From Myxococcales bacterium (GTDB lineage Bacteria; Myxococcota_A; UBA9042; JABWCM01; BTVJ01), in the NCBI GenBank assembly GCA_045863395.1, contig BTVJ01000030.1, forward strand, positions 1 through 64,000: 64,000 nucleotides of DNA, given 5' to 3'. The notes under the pieces were generated by a model. It saw only the letters and a program-made list of their open reading frames with translations, was not told the origin of the DNA and searched no databases. Made by a program: the position numbers and the translations under genes. This document shows, one piece after another, positions 1 through 8,339 of this stretch. Position 1 is the stretch's first letter. Each line of letters opens with the position of its first letter.

Positions 1-62
1 CGCCTCCGCGGTCGCCTCCGCGGTCGCCTCCGCGGTCGCCTCCGCGGTCGCCTCCGCGGTCG
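1..62. repeat. 12-bp tandem repeat (CGCCTCCGCGGT)n encoding TAEA repeats
   Basis: Five copies are visible at the window start, in frame in the minus-strand FHA gene. Confidence 0.9.
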
Positions 63-1167
63 CTTCCCCTTCACTCGGCGGCTCCACTCCCCGCGGCCAC
101 CACACCACGGCAGCGACGACCGCGCCGATGACCACCACGGCGCCGGCTCCGACCCACAGCCGACGCCGCTTCCGGTACAGCATGAAGTCATCGTGGACCG
201 CGAAACCCACCGACGGCAGGGCCTCGGCATCCGCAAGCTCCTCCTCGACCGGTGCGACGGCCCTGCCACCGGCAGGCGACGCCTGAGCACGGCGGGGGGG
301 ATCGGCGAGGGCTCGCGGCGCCGGGGCGAGCGCGGGGGAGCGGGGCGCCGGAGGGGCCGGGGCGGTACGAAGTGCCGGGGATGCCGCGACGGGGTGGGGC
401 GGCGGAGCCGCGGGGAGATCGTCCAGAGGCTCGGCGTCCTCGAAGGACGGCGTCCCGCCTGGCGGGGTGTCGTCCCGGAGCATCGTCGCCTCGTCGTCCT
501 CGCGGGCGACTGGAGGAGGCCGCAGGGAGCCCGCCCCTGGCGCCGGGACCGCGCCGGAGGGCTGCCGCACCACGAGCTCCACGTTGCCCAAGCGCAGCCG
601 GTCGCCCGCCCGAAGCACGGCGGTCGCTGCGCGCTCGCCGTTGACGAAGGTACCGTTGGCGCTGCGCAGATCTTCGATGCGCAGGACCCCGTCCGCGTCA
701 GCCCAGAGCGTCGCATGGACCCGGGACACGGATGGGTCGATGATCGTCGTCGTGCAGTCGCGTCCGCGCCCCAGGATGCTCACGGGCCGCGCGATGGACC
801 AGGAGCGCCCGGCCAAGGGAGCGCTCGCGGCCTCCAGCACACAGTAGACGGCGGCGCCGTCGATGGCGCCGTCCGCCGTCGTATCGATGTGGAGGTAGAA
901 GTCACCGACCTTGATCTGGCCGGAGCGGCCGACCTCCTGCGCCTGCCGGACGCGGCGCCCGTTCAGGAATACGCCGTTGCTGCTGCCCGCGTCCTCGATG
1001 TAGCAGCGCCCGCCGCGGGTGAAGAGGCGGGCGTGGCTGCGGGAGACGTTCTCCGACGGGAGGATGATGTCGCTCTGGAGGCTGCGCCCGATGAGGAACT
1101 CGCCCTCCTCGAACGAGTACTCGTCAGCGATCTCGCCGTTCCTGTCCTCGATGATCAGCGTGTACAT
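1..1167 (-). CDS. Double FHA-domain membrane protein, 3'-truncated by the window edge and absent from the ORF track
   Basis: Manual translation from ATG 1167 gives MYTLIIEDRNGEIADEYSFEEGEFLIGRSLQSDIILPSENVSRSHA...SSNGVFLNG (FHA 1), then LGRGRDC...VSRVHA...DLRSANGTFVNG (FHA 2). A Pro/Ala linker, a hydrophobic helix and TAEA repeats follow, and the frame is open to base 1. Confidence 0.85.
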   Translation of the reverse strand, partial: MYTLIIEDRNGEIADEYSFEEGEFLIGRSLQSDIILPSENVSRSHARLFTRGGRCYIEDAGSSNGVFLNGRRVRQAQEVGRSGQIKVGDFYLHIDTTADGAIDGAAVYCVLEAASAPLAGRSWSIARPVSILGRGRDCTTTIIDPSVSRVHATLWADADGVLRIEDLRSANGTFVNGERAATAVLRAGDRLRLGNVELVVRQPSGAVPAPGAGSLRPPPVAREDDEATMLRDDTPPGGTPSFEDAEPLDDLPAAPPPHPVAASPALRTAPAPPAPRSPALAPAPRALADPPRRAQASPAGGRAVAPVEEELADAEALPSVGFAVHDDFMLYRKRRRLWVGAGAVVVIGAVVAAVVWWPRGVEPPSEGEATAEATAEATAEATAEATAEA

Positions 1168-1216
1168 GCCCGACCGAAGCCTGGCAGGAACCCACCCGGG
1201 GCGTGGATGCCCGGGC

Positions 1217-2941
1217 TCAGGTCACCCGCAAGAAGGTCCCAACACCGTGCGCGCCGTTGTCGTAGCGGAAGACCTCGGTGACGCGGAGGCCCCCTGGACC
1301 GTGGCCCGTGACCTCCGACACCTGGGTCACCCGCACCGCGTCCTCGTGCCGCTCGGTGTGGACGATGACCTCCACGGCGAGGCCGATGAGCCCGTCCTGG
1401 ACGCGCTGGTCGGACACGCCGTCCTCCACCGCGAGGGCCGCCCGCAGCCAGTCGAGGAGCTCCTCGCCGCTCCGGGCGTGGACGGCGGCGATGCACCCGT
1501 CCGAGCGCCCGGCCGACAGGCGCAGGAAGGGGAGCACCATCGGCTCCGTCAGCTCCCCGACGAGCACTCGGTCCGGGCGCAGCTCGCCCACGACGTCGAG
1601 CGCCCCCTCGGCGGGATCGAGGCGGATCACGTTGGCCTGGGGGATGTGCAGCTCCTGGGACTCCTCGAGGACGGCGATGCGCTCGCCCTCCGGGATGAGC
1701 CACGCCAGCGCGTTGAGCAGCGCCGTGCGGCCCGACCCGCGGCGACCCGCCACCAGCACGGTGCTCCGATCCCGGGCCACGCGCCCCTCCAGCCAGGACG
1801 CCATCTCCTCCGAGAGCGTGCCGGCCTCCACGAGCTGCTTGAGGGAGCGGACGTCCCGCTGCGGCTTGCGGAACACCAGGCTCGGCCCCAGTGGCGCCAG
1901 GGGCGCGAGGACCCCACGGTAGGTGGTGCCGTCCTCCAGCCGCCCGCGCAGCAGCGGTGCCCGCGTCTCCGCGTCGCTGCCCTGGCTGCGCGCGAGCCGA
2001 TCCACGACCGCGTTGTAGGCAGCGGCGCTGCTGAAGCTCTTCCACTCCAGGGTCCGCACGCCCCCCCTGCGGACGTAGATCTGGTTGTAGGCGTTGACCT
2101 CGATCTCGTGCACCCGGTCATCCGCCAGGAAGTACTCGATGGGCCCGAGCGCCGTGTACTCGTAGAGGATGTCGGTGGTCAGGCCACCCACGTCCAGGAA
2201 GCCCGGGACCTCCCCCGCCTTGTGCGCCTGGTCCACCACGGCGTAGACGGCGTTCTCCAGCTCCTCCCACTGGCTGGCGAAGTCGATGGACTCGATGTCG
2301 CGGCCGGAGAAGACGGCCTGGCCTGCGCGCCCGTGGAGCATGGCCAGCACGCGGATGTAGTGCTCGAACTCGGACAGATCGTCGATCCCCCCCTCCTCGG
2401 CGGCTCGCCCGGAGGGTGCGGGCACACGGTCCTCGAAGGTGCGGGCCGCGACAGGCTCGGGCTCCGCGTGTGGCGGCGCGAGCGTCGTATCAGGGTCCTC
2501 CTCGGGGGCGAGCGCGTCGGCGTATGGCTGCTGCCCAGCGGGGGCTACCTGGTCCTGCCCCTCCTCCTCCGCGAGCTGGACGGGCTCCTGCTCCTCGTCC
2601 GCCCACTGGGCTGCGGGTGCAGGAGCAGCCGGCTCGGCCTGGGACCCGTTGACGCCGTCTTCGAGCTGGATGACGAAGTCTCCGATGTAGACCTTGTCGT
2701 CACCGGAGATCACCATGGGCGAGGCGATCTTGTGCCCGTTGACGTACGTGCCGTTGGTGCTTCGCAGGTCCACGATCACGAACTTGTCGTCCTTGACCAT
2801 GATCCGCGCGTGGCGCTTGGAGATGTTCCCTTTGGGCAGCATGATGTCGTTGCCCTGGATGCGGCCGATGGAGATCTCGTCCTTCTCGAACTCCAGCTTC
2901 TGCTGGTCTCCGCCCTTCTCTCGGATGAGCACCGAAAACAT
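1217..2941 (-). CDS. FHA domain fused to a CpaF/TadA-family (T2SS/T4P/T4SS) secretion ATPase with degenerate motifs
   Basis: N-terminal FHA (IGRIQGNDIMLPKGNISKRHA...STNGTYVNG), an acidic linker, then CpaF motifs LGPIEYFLADDRVHEIEVN, Walker A-like GRRGSGRT, LEESQEL, LRPDRVLVGEL and AAVHA. Confidence 0.85.
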   Translation of the reverse strand: MFSVLIREKGGDQQKLEFEKDEISIGRIQGNDIMLPKGNISKRHARIMVKDDKFVIVDLRSTNGTYVNGHKIASPMVISGDDKVYIGDFVIQLEDGVNGSQAEPAAPAPAAQWADEEQEPVQLAEEEGQDQVAPAGQQPYADALAPEEDPDTTLAPPHAEPEPVAARTFEDRVPAPSGRAAEEGGIDDLSEFEHYIRVLAMLHGRAGQAVFSGRDIESIDFASQWEELENAVYAVVDQAHKAGEVPGFLDVGGLTTDILYEYTALGPIEYFLADDRVHEIEVNAYNQIYVRRGGVRTLEWKSFSSAAAYNAVVDRLARSQGSDAETRAPLLRGRLEDGTTYRGVLAPLAPLGPSLVFRKPQRDVRSLKQLVEAGTLSEEMASWLEGRVARDRSTVLVAGRRGSGRTALLNALAWLIPEGERIAVLEESQELHIPQANVIRLDPAEGALDVVGELRPDRVLVGELTEPMVLPFLRLSAGRSDGCIAAVHARSGEELLDWLRAALAVEDGVSDQRVQDGLIGLAVEVIVHTERHEDAVRVTQVSEVTGHGPGGLRVTEVFRYDNGAHGVGTFLRVT

Positions 2942-3057
2942 CGTCGCGAGCTCCTCGCCCACGCTGCTGGGCGCGTACGGTCCTGGCTACCCCTCGGAGG
3001 ACTCCCCACGCTCGGCGGTCAAAGTCCGGTGCCATTCTCGTTGATGCCCCTCGCGCT

Positions 3058-3120
3058 TGTCAAGGTGGCGAGCCACGGAGGTGCGGCCAATATGTTCTTT
3101 TATTTCAGTTGGTTATGTGA
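3058..3120 (-). promoter_or_regulatory. Putative promoter (-35 TTGACA) with an upstream AT-rich IHF-like site for the FHA-CpaF operon
   Basis: TTGACA on the minus strand at 3063-3058. The AT-rich island 3089-3120 contains TTTCAGTTGGTTA, resembling the IHF consensus WATCARnnnnTTR, next to an A/T tract. Confidence 0.4.
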
Positions 3121-3149
3121 TGGGGTCGGTAGACCCCGACCAGGAGGGC

Positions 3150-3866
3150 CTACTGAGCGGACAGTGCGTGTACCAGCGCGCGGGCCGCGTCGCCCCGATC
3201 CATGGCGCCGAAGACCGCGGAGATGCACGCGGCGCTGAGGACGTCGGCCTCGCGCACGAAGCGCACGCTGTCCCGGCGGACGCCGCCGAGCGCTACCAGA
3301 GGGATGCGGCTGCGCCGCGCCGCGTCGGTCAGGCCGTCGACCCCGTGGGGGGGCAGCGGCTCCAGGTCACCTCCAGGCCCCCGGCGGAAGCTGATCTTGG
3401 ACGTCGTGAACACGGGGCTGAAGGTGGCGAAGGTGGCGTCCTCGGCTGCCGCCGCCTCCAGGTCGCCGAGGGTGTGGCAGCTCACCCCCACCTGGAGTGT
3501 CGGGAAGGACCTGCGGACGGCGGCCAGCGGCGGCGCGTCGAAGCCCAGGTGGACGCCGTCGGCGCCGACCGCCGTCGCGACGTCGGCCCGCCCGTTGACG
3601 AACAGCAGGGCGCCGAAGTCCTCGGTCACCTCGCGCAGATCCTCGGCGGCGGCGAGCAGCTCCCTGTCGCCCAGGTCCTTCTCGCGGAGCTGGATGGCCG
3701 CCGTGCCGGCGGGCACCGCGGCGAGCACGTCGGCGACGGCGCTGCCGAGGGTCTCACCCCGACGCAGCAGGCGGCGGTCCGTGATGACGTAGAGCCGGAA
3801 CGACGCCCGGGGGCGCTCCTCCATGATCGTCGCCGGGGTGTTCGGCAGTCCCGCGGGGTGCGTCAC
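3150..3866 (-). CDS. thiE: Thiamine-phosphate synthase
   Basis: LYVITDR, IQLREKD, ADGVHLG, GVSCH, FSPVFTTSK and PLVALGGV motifs; lies downstream of thiG. Confidence 0.9.
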   Translation of the reverse strand: MTHPAGLPNTPATIMEERPRASFRLYVITDRRLLRRGETLGSAVADVLAAVPAGTAAIQLREKDLGDRELLAAAEDLREVTEDFGALLFVNGRADVATAVGADGVHLGFDAPPLAAVRRSFPTLQVGVSCHTLGDLEAAAAEDATFATFSPVFTTSKISFRRGPGGDLEPLPPHGVDGLTDAARRSRIPLVALGGVRRDSVRFVREADVLSAACISAVFGAMDRGDAARALVHALSAQ

Positions 3867-3869
3867 GGG

Positions 3870-4667
3870 TCAGATGAGCCCGGTCTCGGGGCTCGACGCG
3901 GCCGCGTGGAGCCTGCGCGGCATGCGCCCCGCCCGCCACGCGAGGCGCCCCGCCTCGACGGCCTTGCGCATGGCGTGGGCCATCATGACGGGGTCCTTCG
4001 CGGCCGCGATGCCGGTGTTCATCAGCACGGCGTCCACGCCGAGCTCCATGGCGACGGTGGCGTCCGATGCCGTGCCGACGCCCGCGTCCACGATGACCGG
4101 CACGCTCACCGACTCGATGATGATGCGGATGTTCGTGGGGTTGCAGATGCCGAGCCCGGACCCGATGGGCGCGCCCAGCGGCATGACGGCCGCGCAGCCC
4201 ATGGCGGCGAGCTCCTGGCAGACCACCGGATCGTCATTGATATAAGGGAGCACCGTGAAGCCCTCGTCGAGCAGCACCCGCGCGGCGCGCACCGTCTCGG
4301 CGGAGTTCGGGAACAGGGTCCGCGGGTCCCCGATGACCTCCAGCTTGACCAGGGTGCCGAGGCCCATCTCCCGCGCGAGGCGGCAGGTGCGGATGGCCTC
4401 GTCCGCGGTGTAGCAGCCCGCCGTGTTCGGCAGGATCGTGTAGCGGTCGGGCCGGATGAAGTCGAGCAGCGAGCCTGGACCCCGCTGGGTCAGGTCGACC
4501 CGGCGGAGCGCCACGGTCACGATCTCTGCGCCGCTGGCCTCGATGGCCTCGGCCATCTGCTCGAAGGACGCGTACTTGCCCGTGCCGACGATCAGGCGCG
4601 AGCGCCAGGAGCGGCCGCCCAGGACCAGGGCGTCGCTCGGCGCGTCGCCCGCCACGTGCTCACCCAT
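3870..4667 (-). CDS. thiG: Thiazole synthase
   Basis: [38 protein letters not shown] and [10 protein letters not shown] motifs. Confidence 0.97.
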   Translation of the reverse strand: MGEHVAGDAPSDALVLGGRSWRSRLIVGTGKYASFEQMAEAIEASGAEIVTVALRRVDLTQRGPGSLLDFIRPDRYTILPNTAGCYTADEAIRTCRLAREMGLGTLVKLEVIGDPRTLFPNSAETVRAARVLLDEGFTVLPYINDDPVVCQELAAMGCAAVMPLGAPIGSGLGICNPTNIRIIIESVSVPVIVDAGVGTASDATVAMELGVDAVLMNTGIAAAKDPVMMAHAMRKAVEAGRLAWRAGRMPRRLHAAASSPETGLI

Positions 4668-4881
4668 GCGAGCCTCCGCCCACGAAGTGCACCACCTCGA
4701 CCACGGCCCCCGCCTCGACCCGCCTGGCCTCGCGCTCTGCTCGTGGCACCACCGCGCCGTCGAGCTCGCACGCTAGGCGCACGCCCGACAGTCCCAGGTG
4801 ACTGACCAGCTCCGCGACCGTCATGGGGTGCGGCAGCTCCCGAGGCTCCCCATTCAGCGTGATCACGATGGGACCGTCCAT
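4660..4881 (-). CDS. thiS: Sulfur carrier protein ThiS with a 3-residue C-terminal extension
   Basis: ITLNGEPR...TVAELV...ELDGAVVPR...[13 protein letters not shown], 73 aa, directly upstream of thiG. Confidence 0.92.
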   Translation of the reverse strand: MDGPIVITLNGEPRELPHPMTVAELVSHLGLSGVRLACELDGAVVPRAEREARRVEAGAVVEVVHFVGGGSHG

Positions 4882-4889
4882 GGGCGGCG

Positions 4890-4919
4890 AGCCTATCCGC
4901 GGCGCCGGACGGGTGTCAA
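4890..4919 (-). promoter_or_regulatory. Sigma70-type promoter of thiS-thiG-thiE, probably giving a leaderless mRNA
   Basis: TTGACA (4919-4914), 18 bp, TAGGCT (4895-4890), ending only 8 nt before the thiS ATG. Confidence 0.6.
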
Positions 4920-4969
4920 GGCGCCGGTTCTTGGACAAGGGCGGCGACTCAAGGTAGACCAGCGAGCGC

Positions 4970-5731
4970 ATGTTCACGCGCATCGGACAGCATGTCATCG
5001 CGGTGGTCGAGGAGGCGGGAGAGATCACGCTGCTCGGCATCCGCGCGCTCCTCTGGGCGGTGCGCCCCCCTTACCGAGTGGGGCTCCTGCTGCGCGCCTT
5101 CGACTTCGTAGGGGTGGGGTCGCTCCTGATCATCGCGCTGGCCGCCCTGTTCACGGGCGCCGTATTCGCCGTGCAGACCGCGCGTGTGTTCGGGCTGTTC
5201 AACGCCGAGTCCCTGGTGGGCTCTACCGTGGCCATCGCGCTCACCCGCGAGATGGCGCCCGTCTTCTCGGGGCTGATGGTCGCCGCGCGGGTCGGCAGCG
5301 CCACCGCCACGGAGCTCGGCACCATGCGGGTGTCCGAGCAGATCGACGCCATGGAGGCCATGGCGGTCAACCCGATCCAGTACCTGGTGAGCCCGCGCCT
5401 GGTCGCCGGCGTGGTGATGCTCCCCATCCTCACCATGCTGTTCAACGCCATCGGCATCATGGGCGCGTATGTCGTGACCGTGGTGCTCCTCGGCGTGGAT
5501 CCGGGCCTCTTCGTCAAGACCATCGAGACCTACCTGCTCCTGGAGGACGTCACGAGCGGCCTCATCAAGTCCGCGGTCTTCGGCTTCGGGATCATGCTCG
5601 TCGGCTGCTACAAGGGCTACACCGCCGCCGGCGGCGCGAGCGGCGTGGGGAAGGCGACGACCCACGCGGTGGTCTACGGGTCCGTCCTGACGCTGGTCGC
5701 CGACTACTTCCTGACGGTGCTCATGTACTGA
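4970..5731 (+). CDS. mlaE: MlaE-family lipid ABC transporter permease
   Basis: REMAPVFSGLMVAARVGSATATELGTMRVSEQIDAMEAMAVNPIQYLVSPR signature. Confidence 0.95.
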   Translation: MFTRIGQHVIAVVEEAGEITLLGIRALLWAVRPPYRVGLLLRAFDFVGVGSLLIIALAALFTGAVFAVQTARVFGLFNAESLVGSTVAIALTREMAPVFSGLMVAARVGSATATELGTMRVSEQIDAMEAMAVNPIQYLVSPRLVAGVVMLPILTMLFNAIGIMGAYVVTVVLLGVDPGLFVKTIETYLLLEDVTSGLIKSAVFGFGIMLVGCYKGYTAAGGASGVGKATTHAVVYGSVLTLVADYFLTVLMY

Positions 5732-5797
5732 GCACTGCCGGTGGGCACCGACGAAATTGCGCCGGCCCGCGCCCGGCCCTACAGTCCCCGTCTGAGC

Positions 5798-6574
5798 ATG
5801 GCGCGCGACGAGCCGATCATCCGCCTCCAGGGCGTCCACAAGACCTTCGGGGACCTGGCGGTCCTCCGAGGCGTCGATCTGGACATCCCCGAGGGGCTGA
5901 TCACCACGATCATCGGTGGGTCCGGGTCCGGCAAGTCGGTGCTGATCAAGCACATCATCGCGCTCCTGCGGCCGGACGCGGGGCACGTCATCGTAGACGG
6001 AGAGGACGTCTCGCGGCTGAAGCCCGGCGACCTGGTGCGCGTGCGGCGCAAGTTCGGGATGTTGTTCCAATACGCCGCGCTGTTCGACTCCATGACCGTC
6101 GAGGAGAACGTGGCGTTCCCGCTGCGGGAGCACACGCGGCTGTCCAGCAGGGTCATCCGTGACCGGGTCAAGGAGAAGCTGGAGATGCTGCGCCTGTTCG
6201 GCACGGAGAAGAAGTACCCGGCCGAGCTGTCCGGCGGCATGCGCAAGCGGGTGGGGCTCGCGCGGGCGATCATCCTGGAGCCGAAGATCCTGATCTACGA
6301 CGAGCCGACCGCGGGGCTCGATCCGATCATGATCTACCAGGTCGATGAGATGATCCGGGAGACGCAGGAGCGCCTCGGCATCACGAGCGTGGTGATCAGC
6401 CACGACATGGCGTCCACCTTCCGCATCTCGAACCGCATCGCCATGCTCCACGAGGGGCGCATCATCGAGACGGGCACCCCGGCAGAGGTCCGGGCGAGCA
6501 GCAACCCCCACGTGCGGGAGTTCATCTTCGTGACCGGCACCGGGCCGCTCAGCGCGGGCGAGGCCAGCCCATGA
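5798..6574 (+). CDS. mlaF: MlaF-family ABC transporter ATP-binding protein
   Basis: GGSGSGKS, FQYAALFDSMTV, LSGGMRKRVGLARA and YDEPTAGLDP motifs. Alternative GTG start at 5741. Confidence 0.93.
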   Translation: MARDEPIIRLQGVHKTFGDLAVLRGVDLDIPEGLITTIIGGSGSGKSVLIKHIIALLRPDAGHVIVDGEDVSRLKPGDLVRVRRKFGMLFQYAALFDSMTVEENVAFPLREHTRLSSRVIRDRVKEKLEMLRLFGTEKKYPAELSGGMRKRVGLARAIILEPKILIYDEPTAGLDPIMIYQVDEMIRETQERLGITSVVISHDMASTFRISNRIAMLHEGRIIETGTPAEVRASSNPHVREFIFVTGTGPLSAGEASP

Positions 6575-8175
6575 AGAAGAACCTCTCCGCCGCCTTCTTC
6601 GTCGGCCTCCTGACCCTCGCCGCCATCGGCGCCTTCGTGTGGACCTACGGCCGCATCGAGAGCAAGTACAACCGGACCGAGGACTCCTTCACCGTCTACG
6701 CGCTCTTCGACGACGTGACCGGCCTCGCCGAGCGGAGCCAGGTGCACATGAGCGGCGTGCCGGTCGGGTTCGTGGAGTCCATCGGCCTCGATCCGGAGAC
6801 CTCTCGCGCGAAGGTCGTCCTGCGGGTGCGCAAGGAGGCGAAGCTGCGCGCCGGCGAGCCCGGCCCGGACGGGACCACCCTCAACGGCGCGAGCGTCAGC
6901 CGCGTCCAGGCGTCGTTCATTGGCGACTACCACCTGGCGCTCGCCCCGGGGGTCGCGGGGGCCCTGCTCGGCGAGGGGGACCGCATCCCGACCGCGATCA
7001 GCGACACGGGGATCGGCGCGGCGGTCAAGGAGGTGGCCGAGGTCACCAAGCTCTTCCCGAAGATCGACCGCATCGTGGAGGACGTCGGGCGCATCACGGC
7101 AGCCGCCGCGGAGGTCTACGGCGGCGAGCCCGGCGTCGCGCGCCTGGAGGCCATCGCGGCCGACATGGGGGAGGCCGTCGAGAACATCCGCACCATCTCC
7201 GAGGACATCCGGACCTTCGTCGCCGGAAACGTGCTGACCCAGAGCGACGCCATCGGGCGCATCATGGGGAACGTGGAGCGCTTCACCGAGAACGCCGCCA
7301 CCCTGGCGGCAGTGGCGGAGGGGAGGGCAGGGCGCATCCTCGCCAACCTGGAGACCGCGACGAAGGACGTGCGCGAGCTGGTCGCGGGCTCCCGCGAGGA
7401 GGCGGCGGGCGCCATCTCGGCGGCGCGGCGGGTCCTCGACCGCCTGGAGGGGGCCATGGGCGGGGTGGACTCCACCGTCGCGTCCGTCGGCGAGATCGCG
7501 CGCAAGATCGACAAGGGCGAGGGCACGATCGGACGGCTGGTCAACGATGACCAGCTGATCACCGGCCTGGAGGAGATCGTCGAGGACACCGGGGACCTCA
7601 TCGAGGGGGTCAGCAGGCTGCGGGCAAAGGTGGGGCTCCGGACCGAGTACAACTTCCTCGGGCAGAACCTGAAGTCCTACGTGTCGCTGCGCCTCGTGCC
7701 CAAGGAGGACAAGTTCTATCTCATCGAGGTGGTGGACGACCCGCGGGGGCGGACCACCGTCGTCCACCGGACCACGGAGACCAACGACCCCTCCCTGCCG
7801 TCGCTCTTGCGGGAGACCGTGTCCGAGACGGAGGACGAGCTCAAGTTCTCGCTCCAGTTCGGCAAGCGGTGGCACTTCCTGACCGGGCGCTTCGGCATCA
7901 TCGAGAGCACGGGGGGCGTGGGGCTCGACTTCGAGTTCCTCGAGGACACGCTGCGCTTCACCTTCGATCTGTTCGACTTCGACTCGGACAACTGGCCCCG
8001 CCTCAAGTGGCTCGCGTCCTGGGAGTTCATGGAGCACGTCTACATCGCCGCAGGCGTCGACGACGTGTTCAACGACGCGGGGCGCGACTACTTCGTGGGC
8101 CTCGGCGTGACCTTCACCGACGAGGATCTCAAGAGCCTGCTCACCGTCGGGGGCGTCCCGGCCGTGGGGAAGTAG
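6571..8175 (+). CDS. mlaD: MlaD/MCE-domain protein with a long helical region and a predicted C-terminal beta-barrel
   Basis: N-terminal TM helix, MCE motif FDDVTGLAERSQVHMSGVPVGFVESI, a helical stalk, GEGTIGRLVND, then amphipathic beta-strands. Confidence 0.88.
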   Translation: MKKNLSAAFFVGLLTLAAIGAFVWTYGRIESKYNRTEDSFTVYALFDDVTGLAERSQVHMSGVPVGFVESIGLDPETSRAKVVLRVRKEAKLRAGEPGPDGTTLNGASVSRVQASFIGDYHLALAPGVAGALLGEGDRIPTAISDTGIGAAVKEVAEVTKLFPKIDRIVEDVGRITAAAAEVYGGEPGVARLEAIAADMGEAVENIRTISEDIRTFVAGNVLTQSDAIGRIMGNVERFTENAATLAAVAEGRAGRILANLETATKDVRELVAGSREEAAGAISAARRVLDRLEGAMGGVDSTVASVGEIARKIDKGEGTIGRLVNDDQLITGLEEIVEDTGDLIEGVSRLRAKVGLRTEYNFLGQNLKSYVSLRLVPKEDKFYLIEVVDDPRGRTTVVHRTTETNDPSLPSLLRETVSETEDELKFSLQFGKRWHFLTGRFGIIESTGGVGLDFEFLEDTLRFTFDLFDFDSDNWPRLKWLASWEFMEHVYIAAGVDDVFNDAGRDYFVGLGVTFTDEDLKSLLTVGGVPAVGK

Positions 8176-8247
8176 CCGCACTCGCGTGGACCAGGCTGGC
8201 GGCTCGACTCACTGACACCGGCCGCATCCGGCGGAGCGGGATCCCTG

Positions 8248-8276
8248 GTGCAACCCGAATCGGGCCATGGTATAGT
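8248..8276 (+). promoter_or_regulatory. Putative sigma70 promoter with extended -10
   Basis: GTGCAA, 17 bp, TATAGT with TG at the extended position, upstream of the PEGA gene. Confidence 0.45.
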
Positions 8277-8339
8277 GCGCCGCCCGCGGCGGCCCGGCCG
8301 TCGCACGGGATCGGACCCCACAGCACGAAGGTGAGCGTC

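Noticed and set aside
3080..3110. GGTGCGGCCAATATGTT resembling the XerC arm of a dif site
   Set aside because: The XerD arm (TTATGTTAAAT-like) is not present at the right spacing.
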